NCBI GenBank assembly: GCA_965649825.1
Contig: OZ287714.1
Coordinates: 62,001-126,000 of the forward strand
Source: Penicillus capitatus
Taxonomy: Eukaryota; Plantae; Chlorophyta
DNA length: 64,000 nucleotides
Direction of reading: 5' to 3'
The notes under the pieces are model-generated. The model was not told the DNA's origin and did no database searches. It saw only the letters and a list, made by a program, of their open reading frames with translations. Shown here piece by piece: positions 24,277 to 37,860 of this stretch. Positions within the stretch are counted from its first letter, which is position 1; each line of letters opens with the position of its first letter. A program made the translations under genes and the position numbers.

Positions 24277-24836
24277 ATGGAGCTATGCGTCATTGTCCGC
24301 TTTGCATACATCCTTTGCCTTCTTCTTTCATCGAACGTCTCCTGTGGCGATGGTGGTGGTGGTGGTGATGATGAAAGCTCTGCCTCTCGGTTCGAGGTAT
24401 GTATGTGCCAACGAGGAACGCGCTCTCCCACGAAGCAACGATGGCGACGTAGGACGAAGAAGAGCGCATAGAATACTGCGAAGATTACTGTTTTCTCGAG
24501 GCGTTGAGTGGAATTGGAAACGATACGCGACGACCGTCTTGTGCCGAAGACTGCCCCGAATACGAAGTGCCAGCGGCGTTCCTCGACCCGAACGCCGACT
24601 GCAGTAAATGTCTGAACGAGACCTGCTCGCGCTGCTGGTGCCAGAGTGGAATCTGCAAAGAGGATGCCGCCGGCGGATCGACCATGTCCGAGGGCAACGA
24701 AGCAGGATCATCGCAGGAAGGGAACACGACAAACACGAACTGTGTGCCTGGCGGCACCCCGGTCGAAAGCAATTTCTGCCACGCCTGCTATCCGCGCAGA
24801 ATGTGTCGTCCCTTTTGGTTCTGCCGACGCAAATGA
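24277..24836 (+). CDS. Secreted cysteine-rich protein, tandem paralog 3 (intron 24397-24452)
   Basis: MELCVIVRFAYILCLLLSSNVSCG...RFE/DEEERIEYCEDYCFLEALS...CAEDCPEY...FLDPNADCSKC...CSRCWCQSGIC...PGGTPVESNFCHACYPRRMCRPFWFCRRK*. Confidence 0.85.
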
Positions 24837-25465
24837 AGAGAATCGCGTCGCTAAAATGAAGAAAACAACAGAGATGATGCCTTGGCTCCCTATCGACCAC
24901 CGATCGCCATTCTTTCTTCGAACTTTACCAGCAGATGCGTCGTGCTGACGCCCCAAACGAAATTGCTCGTTACTGAATCACTGTCCATCTCAATGTGCTG
25001 CTTCTGAATATCACTGGTTTGCATCATTGACATCATCGGAGAAACACTGATAAAGTTCCTCCGTAACCCTTACGTGATCGTTTGGTAAATACACGTCGCT
25101 GGATGTCTATCGCAACAAGCGGCAGACATTCTGCGAAGAATAAGTGACCGGACAGCGTCCAGTTACAAGTGTGTTTTCGTTCTGCCCTGTCAGAACCTCT
25201 GTTTTGTCCACTTCATCTATTCATCGCTGCAGGTCTGTTTAAAGCGGACCGCCTCCTGTCCTTTCCCTATTTCGAATCCGCGGCTCGTCTGTTCTTCTCG
25301 GGTCGCGTCGCCGAGGAGCGCGTCCATCGGTCGACTGCATTGGAGAGGCGCGCCTCGCAGCGTTCGTACTGCACACACTTGCCACATTGACAGGACGTTG
25401 ACAGTGCTCGTCTTCCTAGTCTTTTGCACTGGACGGCCTATTCTTGCGGTGAATGGCATTCCGTT

Positions 25466-26734
25466 ATGATCTCCAGTGATGCTCTGCAGTTGATAGATTC
25501 GACGATTCTCACTCTAGCAGGTATAGAAGACGTAGACTCTCACTCTTACTAAACGCCCTACAGGTATTTTTGCCCTTGGCTCGCTTGTTGGCGGTTTTTA
25601 CGCCGTTCCGTGGTCAAGGTGCTCTCCAAGCGAGAGTGCCTCCAGGGAGTACAACAAACTATGGACCGTGCGTTTCTGTCTACAAGTCACGGCCACGGCA
25701 TGGCTGGTAACGCGCGTCTCGCTGCTCAGCCTACGTTTCACATAACTGTGCCTAGTTGTGTCCCTTCCTACAGCTCTATGAAAGCTGGAGTTCCTACCTT
25801 CCTGCGTTGCATGCCCCCGTCTTGACCCAAGGGAGACTGTGTCGCGTTTATGTCGTACTTCGGGTCGGTTTGCTTGAACCGTTTTTTCTATTACTGAGCC
25901 TCCTCACCTTCAGGCAATTCCTCTCGGTGACAGAAAGGCAAGCAACGATATCCTGTCCTCCTGGACAGTAATGAAGGCATGCATGACTGTTGTGCAGTTG
26001 CCTGCCGAGTTGGAAGTATCTGTCGAGTAGCATGAGCTGCCGATCTGACAACAAGAAACAGCAGCAGCCCAAGAATTCACGAATCATCTTGAGGGCAGGA
26101 ATCTGCACCGTTGCCATTTGTTTGATTCCTTTGATCGTGGCCATGCTTAAGCAGAATGATGTTCAAGTGGTTGAAGCAGATTTGCATCTCCCCCGTTCCA
26201 CCTTGGCGACCTATCTCGAGTCGGATGTGTGCTGGAGTGATGATCACTCCCCATCGACAACCTGTACAGTGTGTGTCTTGCCCCTCATCTCAACCCTTAT
26301 CTCGGCCGCCGTTGTTGGCTTTTATTTGTACCAATCTTGGATAATCACCGTACGAATGGGCCAGCTGGCTATTAATCAATACATAGAAAAAAGAATGAGA
26401 CTCTTCAGGTCACTCATCTGTCACATCAAGCTTCACACACTCTCTGCTTCTAGGTCTTCTGTGTGTGTCTTGTTGTTCTTTAGTTTGTTATTTAGAGGAC
26501 TAAGTGTCATTCGGGAACCGGGCCATGTCTTTCATGAGTTCTGCAAACTCATCGATTTCCTGTCTATGTTGTTATTCATGATGGCTCTGAATCTCATCCT
26601 AGTCATCCGCCCCATCCGAGAAGCACGCATTGCTGATAAAGTACGCTCCACTGTTGTCAACAGATCATGCCTTAAGGCCATCACTACCTTCTGTCTTGCA
26701 GAACGCTAAGAGTGCGTCCAATCCTCTTTGGTGA
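25466..26734 (+). CDS. Uncharacterised multi-pass membrane protein of a green-lineage family, multi-exon
   Basis: Spliced reading with several hydrophobic helices: EYNKLWTVRFCL, LCRVYVVLRVGLLEPFFLL, MGQLAINQYIEKRMR, LFRGLSVIREPGHVFHE, LILVIRPIREA; resembles a recalled plant uncharacterised membrane family. Confidence 0.65.
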
Positions 26735-26986
26735 TTGGAAACGCATCGTCTCCTCCATTTCTCTCCTCCCATTGCTGTTGGCTGGATGCTGCCTTCCTTT
26801 TCAGTTCTTATTTATACGACTGACCCGATGGACCCTCTTTGGTTTCCTGTTCTGACACACGTCTTATCTTGTCATCCGTCTGTCGCAGTTGGGAGATGAT
26901 GCGTTGCATCGGACATTCGATGGGTTCATCAAAGATAAATGGACAGTTGCTGAGTGTTAATGAAGAGATATGTCATCGGGCTCTCT

Positions 26987-27967
<981 letters not shown>

Positions 27968-28053
27968 CGTTGGTGGATTCGTGTTGGATGACGCCTCTTA
28001 GTAACATCTACGCGATGTGACGTTTGCAGCATACATGTCAGATGTATGTATGT

Positions 28054-29319
28054 TTAACAGGAATTGACAACGTACAGTATGGCTGCTGTCTTTGAAAGAC
28101 GTTTAGCAAAACACCCTCCATTCAGGAGCTCCAATGCGCCCAGAATGATGGAAGCAATGAATCTCTTCTTCAGGAAAAATGGCTTCCGCCGTTCCTTCAG
28201 CACGGACAACGGAATCATCCGACGCGCCTTTACCCCTCCCGTACGTGACATACGTTCCTTCCACTCCATCAAAGCCTTCACATCCTTCTCAACAGCTTCC
28301 TGAAATCCGACCCCTCATTTGTGTGATACCCTCCGTGCGTGATGTGACGGGCAGCTACCTGTCTGTCTTGGAGATCGTGGCAGCGGATCTGGATGTACTT
28401 GAGCATCACATCCTTCTGCATTCTCCAGAGGGCTGGATCTGGATCGTCTTTGACCAGAAGTGCCTCACAGAGGCAAAGAATGAGATGCTCATTCACATGA
28501 GACTGATGCATGATCTCGACAATCTCTCCCCACGAAAACGCTTGCTGTTTTTCAACAAAGTCCAGCAGCTTCGCCAACGAATGTGCATCCGGAGAACCGT
28601 CTTCCGGATTTCCGGTCCAACAATCAATGCAGCACTTCATTAAATCTGGCTGCTGTGTATAGTTCCCGTCTCTGGACCTAGACCGTCTCACTCTTTTTGC
28701 TGCTCGATAAAAAGAGTGATGCATTGCTTGAGGAGGGTGTAGTATACAGAAGCAGCTCGATCTCTCTGTCCTTCTTTCATGAGATCTTCAGCAAAGGACA
28801 TCAAAATGGCAGATGCGTATCCTGCGTTGCCAGACTGGCGCAGGATACGTCCCATCGTTTCTCGACTCAGTCCAGGCACCTAAGCATCTCCATATCATCC
28901 CGACCGGCATTGATGGAATTCGAAGGTTGGACCAAGATGTCCGTTTCGGAGCAGAGCTCGGCAGCACGTTTGAGATAAAGCATCGCCGTCGTTTCGTCGT
29001 TCCTCGTTGCAAGTTCGACGCATTTGCGTGCCGTTTCTTCGCGGTATTCCATGGCTCGGGCCTTGACGGCGTAGATGGATGTCAATACATTTTCGTCGAG
29101 TTCCTGACGCGTGACGGGATCGGTTTTGTCCTGACTGTTGTTCAGATAGGCCAAAAATGCCTGACGTTCGTAGATTTGGCCGACTGAGTTGACAACGGGA
29201 TCTGCAAATAGGTTCTGCGTGATGGGACAGATCAGGTCTCGAGGCGGATGGAAGAGCGGGCCTTCGACGCTTACGTCCTCCATCGACGTCGGTTGACTGC
29301 TGCTAGCACCGAGAGACAT
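28054..29319 (-). CDS. U-box domain protein (putative E3 ligase), multi-exon
   Basis: HPPRDLICPITQNLFADPVVNSVGQIYERQAFLAYL...TDPVTRQEL; helical downstream exons; 3' end uncertain (28278 or 28054). Confidence 0.8.
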
Positions 29320-30106
29320 GCGAAACGATACTGTGCCGAATCACGACGTGACGTTCATAGCCAACGGACCGCCACATTCACCCCATGCTGCTCACAAATG
29401 GCCTTCATTAGCCACACCCGCCGCGTTCGTCGTCGAAAAGGCAAACCGCGATAGGAGCTTCCCCGAAGCGGACGGCCTTCATCCGACCGCGTGGCATTGG
29501 AGACGTCCACAGGACTGACCGCAGGTGACAGGAGACAGCAGCTGGGGGTGTTTGTAACAAAGCAGTGGTCTGGCGGTGAGCAGCATTCTGCCTGTTTGTG
29601 GGATGTCATGTCTGTTGTCTGTGCTCTGTCTGCCTTCCAATTGTTGCCAGTGAAGTTCAGTAGGTCAGCGGTTGTGAATTCGTTAAGCCTCTTGTGAAAG
29701 CAATGCAGAATTCACCGTCGCTTTCGCGTCGGTTCCGTCTTGTCCCATCTTTCCAGACATAAGAACCGCTGATGCATCGGTTGAGATATGGTCCCAGGAG
29801 GATAAAGTCCAGACCCCACACGCCAACAGCCATTTTGTTCTTGCCATCGCTTCGACCTTTGACACCACTGCAACGCAACGCAACAACGCACCTCAGACGG
29901 TAGAGTCCATGACTGGCAGCTCTTTGCATCGACTAATACCTCTCTGTCTTTCCAGACACCGAAACGCTTCGCATTTTCTACGCTTCGTTTCGCATACTTG
30001 ATTGACCTCTGCCTTTCCGTCCGTCTTCGGTAAGCCTCTGTCTCCGTTTTTGGAGTGAGACAATGAGATGTCGTTGCACTCGACGGTGTAGTGATTGCTG
30101 TGCGAG

Positions 30107-30585
30107 ATGAAGCTTGCTTTTGTCGTGGTCCTTTGCCTGCTGCCCATGATGCTCGACGCCAAGAGAGAAAAGCGGACGAAGGTGGCAGACGTCTGCGAGT
30201 TCGAATGCATGACCGACTTGTACAATGAATTCTGTGGTGGCGCCGAATGTGTCTACGGGACCAAGACGCCGGAGCAGGAGGAAGCCATGTGTTCCGATAG
30301 ATGCCTTGACGTTATTCTCGGCGCACCCGGCATGAGGTGCATCGAACTCAACCATCCTAAAGGCTCTGACACCGCCGACTTCATTGCATTCCTCCAGGGA
30401 GGCATCTACGGTATGGCTCTCTCTCTCTCTCTCTGCGGGGCACATGGCTGATGTGACATCCAGAGTTCTGCTTCTTTGGAGCCAAGCCTTCTGAAGAAGC
30501 CCCATCGAGTGAAGAGGCCTACCTGTCTTATCTGTATGAGCAGGAGGGGATGGATCTTGTGGAGGAGGGATATACTGACGCGTAG
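30107..30585 (+). CDS. Small secreted cysteine-rich protein (intron 30411-30463)
   Basis: Signal peptide MKLAFVVVLCLLPMMLDA; VCEFECMTDLYNEFCGGAECVYG...MCSDRC...; spliced acidic tail EFCFFGAKPSEEAPSSEEAYLSYLYEQEGMDLVEEGYTDA*. Confidence 0.7.
30418..30434 (+). repeat. (CT)n microsatellite in intron
   Basis: Run of about 8 CT units. Confidence 0.8.
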
Positions 30586-30941
30586 AGGAGGATGGAGATC
30601 GTCACCATAATATTGCATCAGAGTGCTTGCTGTATTTCATCATTATTTTATCGATGACATGTCGCCTCACTGCTGACTGCAGATTCTTGCAGAATGCAGG
30701 AATCTCTGAACTACTTTCTGTTTGACGATTTGACTGATAGCCTCCTTTACGCAGACGGAACACATTTGTCAATTCGATCATCGTTCGCTGAGTCCAACGC
30801 GTTTCATTGGGATCGATCGCCGTTTTTTATGCCGCGCAAAATTCAACTGGCGACGCGTTTTCTGCAGCAACAGCAAACGCCGTTTGAGTTCTACACTCAG
30901 TTACACGCCGTCTATCGTCTTTTGGTCTTGGGTCATAAACC

Positions 30942-31831
30942 ATGCCCCAGAACGAACATACCGAAGTCTTTCAGCGACGCTGTGGGCGAAGGTTCGACTA
31001 TGAAGAGACAAAGCGAAAGAGAGGGGCTCGCCTTCCGAAGACAAAGGCGACCAAAGCGAAAACGCTTATAGGACTGCCAGCCAAACGCTACGCCGAAAAG
31101 ATGCGAAAAGAGAAGATCACGATGAAGAAAACGATCGCTTTACACGAACAGAGCGACAAACAGAATCGCCAGAAGGAAGGAATTCCACAGAATGCTGTTC
31201 CTGCTTATCTGCTAGAGCGTGACCACGTCGATCGATCCAAGATCTTGAGCAATTCGGTGAAACAGAAGCGAAAAGAGAAGGCCGGAAGATGGAGTGTCCC
31301 ATTGCCTAAGGTGTGTCTGATGGCGATGGGCTCCTGTCACATCAAAGAGGGATTGTTAGGTGCGGCCTGTTTCGGAACAGGAGATGTTCCGAGTGATGCG
31401 TTCTGGCAAACGAAAGAAGAAGACGTGGAAAAGAATGATCACGAAGGTGACGTTTGTTGGGCCATCGTTTACCAGAAAGCCGCCAAAGTATGAACGGTTC
31501 ATTCGACCGACGGGATTGCGCATGACCAAGGCGCATGTCACACATCCTGAGCTTCAGACGACGTTCTGTTTGGACATCATTGGTATCAAGAAGAATCCCA
31601 ACGGCACAATGTACACCACGCTGGGTGTCATCACGAAGGGCACGATCATCGAAGTAAGGGGCGGCTGCGCACGTTTGTGGCATGATGTGACGTGGCGGCG
31701 GTGGATGTTAGGTGAATGTGAGTGAGCTGGGATTGGTGACACCTGGAGGTAAGATTGTGTGGGGTAAGTATGCTCAAGTGACAAACAATCCGGAAAACGA
31801 TGGATGCATTAACGCCGTTCTGTTAGTGTAA
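30942..31831 (+). CDS. NSA2: Ribosome biogenesis protein NSA2, three exons
   Basis: MPQNEH...[94 protein letters not shown]. Confidence 0.96.
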
Positions 31832-32028
31832 CAACAAACCGTTAGGATTCTCACCACATTCATGACCACAATCAATATGCAATTTCCGGCGCTTAACACA
31901 AAAAAGGATTCTCTCACGTGACAGCAGACAAAAATTGCGCTGTCCAGTGTATCTGTCTTCGGGGATATACGTGCAAAACCGTCATATCCCCATGCAGAAT
32001 ATCGTGTACTGTACAACTAAACAGTGTT

Positions 32029-33718
32029 CTAAGGCATGAAAGGTTCTGCAGCACTGCTGCGGGCTTCTTTCTCTTTACGAAGCTCTTCTGCGACATCTTC
32101 AAGTGTATCTGTCATCGATTTCCCAGCCTTCTCTATTGGAATGCGCCAAGAGGAAGCACCCACCACTGCGAAGAGAACGGCATGCGATAGCGCCACGACA
32201 GTGAGGCCACATGCATCGAACAATCCCTGCGCGGCAAAGGGCGAAATGGCTCCACCAAACCGAGAGAACAGGTTTCCCATTCCCACGCCAAAAGAACGAC
32301 ATGTGGAGGGATAGAGCTCAGAAGCCATAACGATGATCAGATCGAAAGCGCTCGTGATAAAAAACCGAGCTGAGAACAATAGAACGGTCTGCAAGACAGA
32401 TGAGACCGGCAGAAGAAGCATCGATAAGGCAGCACCAATCCAATTCGAAAGCAACACTCTACACACAAGAGAGGCATCACACATACATACCCTCACTCTA
32501 TGAAGTGTACTTCTTTCGGCCGAAATGATCGATGGTGAACATGATGAAGAGCACAGCAGGAACTTCTGCTAAGGAATCGATGAAGATGTGCAAGAAGTCT
32601 TCATTGGTGAATTCTACGTGATTTCCTGTACAAGATGTGCCATCGTCGTCGTTGGCATGAAGATTGGTTGTCAGGAAGACAACACCGTAATATCCCATCG
32701 CGGCTGTCATCCAAGAGAGCCATAGAACGGGTGTGATGTGACTGAGGGGAAAGACAAACAGGGTTCTGAACTGCTCAAAGAACTGACGCAGACTGGATGC
32801 GTCGTTTGTGGATGCAGGAATGGTGACGTGAAGTTCCAGATCAGCCGGGAGAGATTTTTTGTTAAGTCTGGCAATCAAGGCCAAAACATTTTTTGCTTTT
32901 TCCTCCTCTCCATTGACAAGTAGGTATCTTGGCGATTCTGGAAGAAATAGGACAACAAAGAACAATAACACTACGAACAGAACATGGGACTTCTGGATCG
33001 CTGCCCTCGTGGCAGTGCCTCTTACCTAACGGTGCAGACGAGGCGATGACGAGACCTCGCCAGTAGAAATGAGGCATCACAGCCCAGGCCAACAACGCCT
33101 CCACACATGCACCAATGGACCAGAACATTTGATAACTGCAGAGTGTAAGGCCGCGTTTCTCGATCGGCATGAATTCGGCTAAGAATGCTGCCGTCAGTAT
33201 AAAACCCCCCAGGCCCATGCCAACCAAGAAGCGAAAAATCGCAAACCAGATGACATTGGGTGCAGCAGCTGAGAGCAGACCGGCCGAAGCAGATAATGCA
33301 ATGTCTATCACGACTGCAGGTTTGCGTCCAAAGAAATCGGCAATTGTTCCAAAAGTCATAGACCCTGTCGCCATGCCAAGGAACACAACCATGGTCACGA
33401 CACTCTGTTGCATAGATGTCAGATTCCATTGACACTTCACCTACAAGAAACATGTGCATGGTAAACACGGATGCAACGGCCGGGTCGTGTTCGGCGTACA
33501 TCAGGGCCGACAAACGATAGAAGGAGCATTTCTGCCGCATCTGCTGTGTAGGCAAATCCAAGGGTATAGAAAACGAGAGACTGGAACCATCCCTTTCCGA
33601 TGTGCGCTAATGTTTCGTCCACGGTCCACTTGCCCCCATCGGCAGCAACTGTGGTTGTCGAAGGCAACAACGGCGCCGTTTCTTTCGGTTTTTCGTTGGA
33701 TATCTGCACAGACAGCAT
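32029..33718 (-). CDS. MFS transporter, SVOP/organic cation transporter-like, multi-exon
   Basis: WTVDETLAHIGKGWFQ...ADAAEMLLLSF, GTIADFFGRKP, FAIFRFLVGMGLG, PESPRYLL, ELYPSTCRSFGVG...SRFGGAISPF, IPIEKAGKSM. Start codon uncertain. Confidence 0.9.
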
Positions 33719-34056
33719 ACTCTATGCAGACTGTCAGCAGGGATAATGGCTCACCGATGCCATATTGCGGAAATAGAAACGAGGACTTACAGATAACGGA
33801 GTGATGAACGCTACTTGTCCGCGGTTGCATCGACCGTATATCTGTGCATGGTATACGGCAGAGCCGAGGCAAACGGTTTCGTGTTTCTGCCATGTTTGTC
33901 GCTGAATCGTCGTTTGAAGAAATCCCTTCGATCGACGTGAGACGGCGCGCCTCGCTCTTTGAGACGCTTTCTCAAACTGGGGGCGAGGCACTCGCTCGAA
34001 CAGGTGTCTCTTCACGTGGTCTATTCATCTGCATTGGTTCTTAGGGGGATGTGTGA

Positions 34057-36981
34057 TACGGGGACTCGATGTTTCTGCGTTGCCCCTCGCACCAGACCAC
34101 GTCGCTATTACCTCGGATATCTTGTGCATGACACACGCTGCTTAGATCGGCGAATGGGAACTGTCGTGTCACCCCCAGCGTCTCGCCTGGCCCCCTGCGC
34201 CTCCTGAACCAAATAGAACGCGGTCCGCACTCTGAATGCCTCCACACAACTGTCCCATCATGTAAGAGTGATGCAGATCATGGACCGTGCAGAGTTACGA
34301 GAGACATGCTCAGCGATGCGCCCATCAGTTTATTGGACGTGAATCTCGATATCCTGTTCATTTTATTGAGGTCAGTATCGTGGTGGGTCGGCGTTACGTG
34401 ATCGTGCCATTTCTATCGCCAGAGTCGTTTTTGGGAGGAAATGGAAACACTGGATGCAATCCCGTCGCGATCTGTGGATCATCCAGAGTCTCTCTCCTCT
34501 CGAGCCATACAACAAAGAAGACGTTTTAGTTTCGGCGAAGGATTCATAGAAGAACAAGTGGAGATATTAGCTCTGCCAGTAAAACCACTTCTCCAGCTGT
34601 ACAGACAGATTCCCGATGTCTCGCTCTCCAGGATCTGTTTAAGAGTCAGCAATCGGAAGCTGAGTGCCTCAACTTTCCTCCCCTGCCCTTTCGCTCTACC
34701 GAGAGAGAACTCATGCCACACCTTCAGCTCATGTCTATCTTCTGTTACCAGCCTTGGAAGCAATGCCAGATTCCGACGGCCTTCTACATGCATTCGGGTA
34801 CTGTGTCGGGCCTCTTCTACCCATGTCCACGGTGTGGCTGTATGGACAGGACATGCGATGACGTGGTATATCTGTTCTGAAAATGTAGCCAAGAATGAGA
34901 TCGATATGCTTTCTCCTTGTGAAGTGCAGCAGCGCATCTGTCCAGTGTTTAAAGCGGTGGTTCGGAAGGGAGATGTGTTGTTCTTGGCTCCGGGGAGCTG
35001 GAGCTTTGCCTTTGCTCACGGATTCCTCATCTGCGAACGCGCAGCTGTGTGTCTGAAGCCATGGCTTCAGAAATCACTGTCCGTTAACGACACTTCGCCT
35101 GCCCTTCAATGCAGCATCGTCCTTCTAGCTGCCCGAGGTATCACCATCCGAGACGAGAAAAAATCAAGGCGCGATCCAAAGCATGTTCTGTTGCAGGAGA
35201 GTCCATCGGTGCATCTATGATGTCGCTCAAGGACAAGCAGATTTTTGCCGACATCTTAAAATCACGGCGAGATTTGATGGACCGCCTTCTGAGGAAGATC
35301 CGGATCATTGCGCATGCTGTTTTCGAGGTTCACGTGGTGGCAGACGTGTTCTTCTTTCCGGGACATGGCCAAGAGAGGAGGTGTGGAAAGTGTGACTGTC
35401 CTCTGTTCTTGGTGTCTGTTCACCTCCGTCCCTCTATCGAAGACTCTGCGTCGGCGACTGGAGACGGATGGCACACAGAGGGACGCTGCAGTGGACTGGA
35501 GCTGCCAGTGATCTGCCTTGACTGTGCGGTCCGTCAAAGACCTCCCTTGTCTGGATTCAATCTCACACTTCCTTCATGGCTTGTCTTATCCATCGAGAGG
35601 GAGACGCAGTTCAACACGGTCATCACAAGGATCTCTCATGGAAGAAGCAGTGCCCTCCCAAAGCCACACCTGCTCAGAACCGAAGGGAGTGTGGATTTGA
35701 GATACCGATGTGAACATAGACTTGCTTCCGTATCAACTTCTGTGAACCAGAAAGAAGAGCGTCATTCCATCGTGCTTGATTCCATCAGTGACCCGGGATC
35801 GTCCAGAATATCAACAATAGATTCGGACGGTGATGAGGTGGGGTGGTCGGTCGTGGACGAGGAAGTGTTACGTCGGGTGTCCTTGGCCAAGAGGTTGATG
35901 GACATGCCGATTCCGACATTGAGCCATTCGGAAGTGGCATTGCAGCTCAGGTTAGAACAGAGGCAGTTGAAGAGAGCCCTCAGAGATGTGCTATTACCTC
36001 CGCACTGTACCAAAATTCATTGCCCAGATTTTGCAACGCTGGAAGGAAGAATGGACACCGTTCGTCAGGAGATTGAAGTGGCCACACCTGATGATGCGTG
36101 CAAAGACAGCCGCCAGAACAAGAGAAAGGACCGTCCAGTGTGTCCAGGATTTTCTAGAGAATTTATGCATTTCGACGGCAAGTCCTGCCTCCAGTTACTC
36201 CACGAGATGGAATCGGAGCGGGGATCAGGACCCGTTCGTTATATCTCCGTTCCCTCTCCTAGAATGAACATCGAATCAGATACCGTCATTCCCATTGTGG
36301 TTGCCCCCCAGTACCCAGCAACGCCCTTAGGTCACCAACCTCGACCCGCATTGCCACACATGCCGCCACGTCACTTGTCATCTTTGCCATTTCTTCTGGA
36401 ATGCATGCCTTCGCTATGTAGAGCCGCCGCGGTCCGTGTCTGCCTCGAATCGGCCTCCGATTCTGAGCGAGAAGCTCGTGATGGTGGTTGTGGACCGTCG
36501 GACAGTTATGAACTGCAGAAGACGCATTGTGCAGGTTCCTGAATGGCACGGCACGTCTCTCGATCGAGAAAGTAAACCAGCACATCTGGCTGGATCCCGT
36601 GTATGTGATCGCTGTCTTCTGCAGAGGCCTATGTGTTGGCATCGGATCTGCTGCAGGCGCTGATGCCGCCAGATGATTTCCAACGGCACTGTCAGAACAT
36701 CAAGAACGTTATCCAGTGCATCTTCAATTCTATTCGAGATCTCAACAGCGGCATTCCGCTCTCTGTCCCCCTCCCCCTCTCGCCTCAGTAACTGCCCGGG
36801 CGCCGTCTCTCTTCGAATCACAGTCTGGATGTTTAGAGTGGTCCTGGTGGAAGGAATGGAACAGGTGGTGCTCAGCAAACAGGAAACCATTGCTCTGTAC
36901 GCCACTCTTCTCCGCAAGGACAGGGCCGCGGCCGAGAAACTCAAGCTCTACTTATCTGACATCTGGGAAATGTCTGCTTAG
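34057..36981 (+). CDS. Divergent JmjC-like protein with C5HC2-like zinc finger (KDM5/JMJ-related), probably catalytically inactive; exon boundaries approximate
   Basis: SRFWEEM, SFGEGF...LALPVKPLL, AMTWYIC, VFKAVVRKGDVLFLAPGSWSFAFAHGFLICERAAVCLKPWL (compare VY...Q..GEFVITFPRAYHAGFN.GFN.AEAVNF...WL), then RRCGKCDCPLFLVSV...VICLDC. Confidence 0.55.
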
Positions 36982-37860
36982 CAGCCATCAATGAAAAATT
37001 AATTCAATTATGAGTTATAGAGTGTCTTTGTTTTTGCGGCAGCGACACAGGCAGACTTTAGCTTGTGAATGAAACGATCGATTTCTTCTTTTCTTGATCC
37101 CAGGAAGCCGCGACTGTCAAGTGGTGGTGTAGATAAGCATCGTGATGCGCGCCGCAGCTGCAGGATGTGACCCAGCTAGGTCTTTTCATCAAACTGTATT
37201 CCGATACTCCGTCACATTAGATTCCGTTGTGAAGTCTTTCGCGAGGTTTTCAGCGAATTCTGCACAGCATCGACAAGACAGGGATGGCAAAGAACTCTAT
37301 CGCCTCTTTTCCGAAGCTCTGCTTCTGGTTCTGGTCGTAGGCAGTAATCGCACCAAAACGCTTCAAACATTCGCGCCTGCCTCTCTCACTCTCTTCGCGA
37401 GGGCGATCGTCTGGCCGTCGGCCCCAGCCGTCATCAGTTCTTTACAAACATACATCTCACCGTGTCGACACCGCCCGTCGGTCTTATGCTGTAGTCAATG
37501 ATGATGTCTCTGGCGGCGGAATTGTTTTAAGACCCAAAGAGCACGCCAGGCAAAGGGACCCCACGAGAGCGATACTCTGCCTGTTGCAGGATGCGGGTGC
37601 TCTCGAAATGAGGACAACATCTGGGTGTGATTCTAGCTACGGACATCGGACTTCCATTGGGAATCATTAAGAGCTGTCAAAGGTTTACGAGATTCCTCTG
37701 GCATAGACGCGAATAGTTGTCTGGTGACTGACACACGTGTAGGATAGGTCTGATAGGAATTCACAGAGAGTTGATCTATAGTCCAGTGGTTTGCCTTCTT
37801 CATAATTTCGGAGCGGAGTAGAGACTCGAATGTTTTAAGTCCTACCAAGTGCATAACTTC

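Noticed and set aside
29350-30060. Short ORFs between the U-box gene and the secreted protein
   Set aside because: No consistent exon chain or motif.
37140-37560. Minus-strand peptide GGVDT/TIALAKRVREAGANV, faintly like a phosphoribosyltransferase
   Set aside because: Too short, bounded by stops, and lacking the DD motif; cannot be supported.
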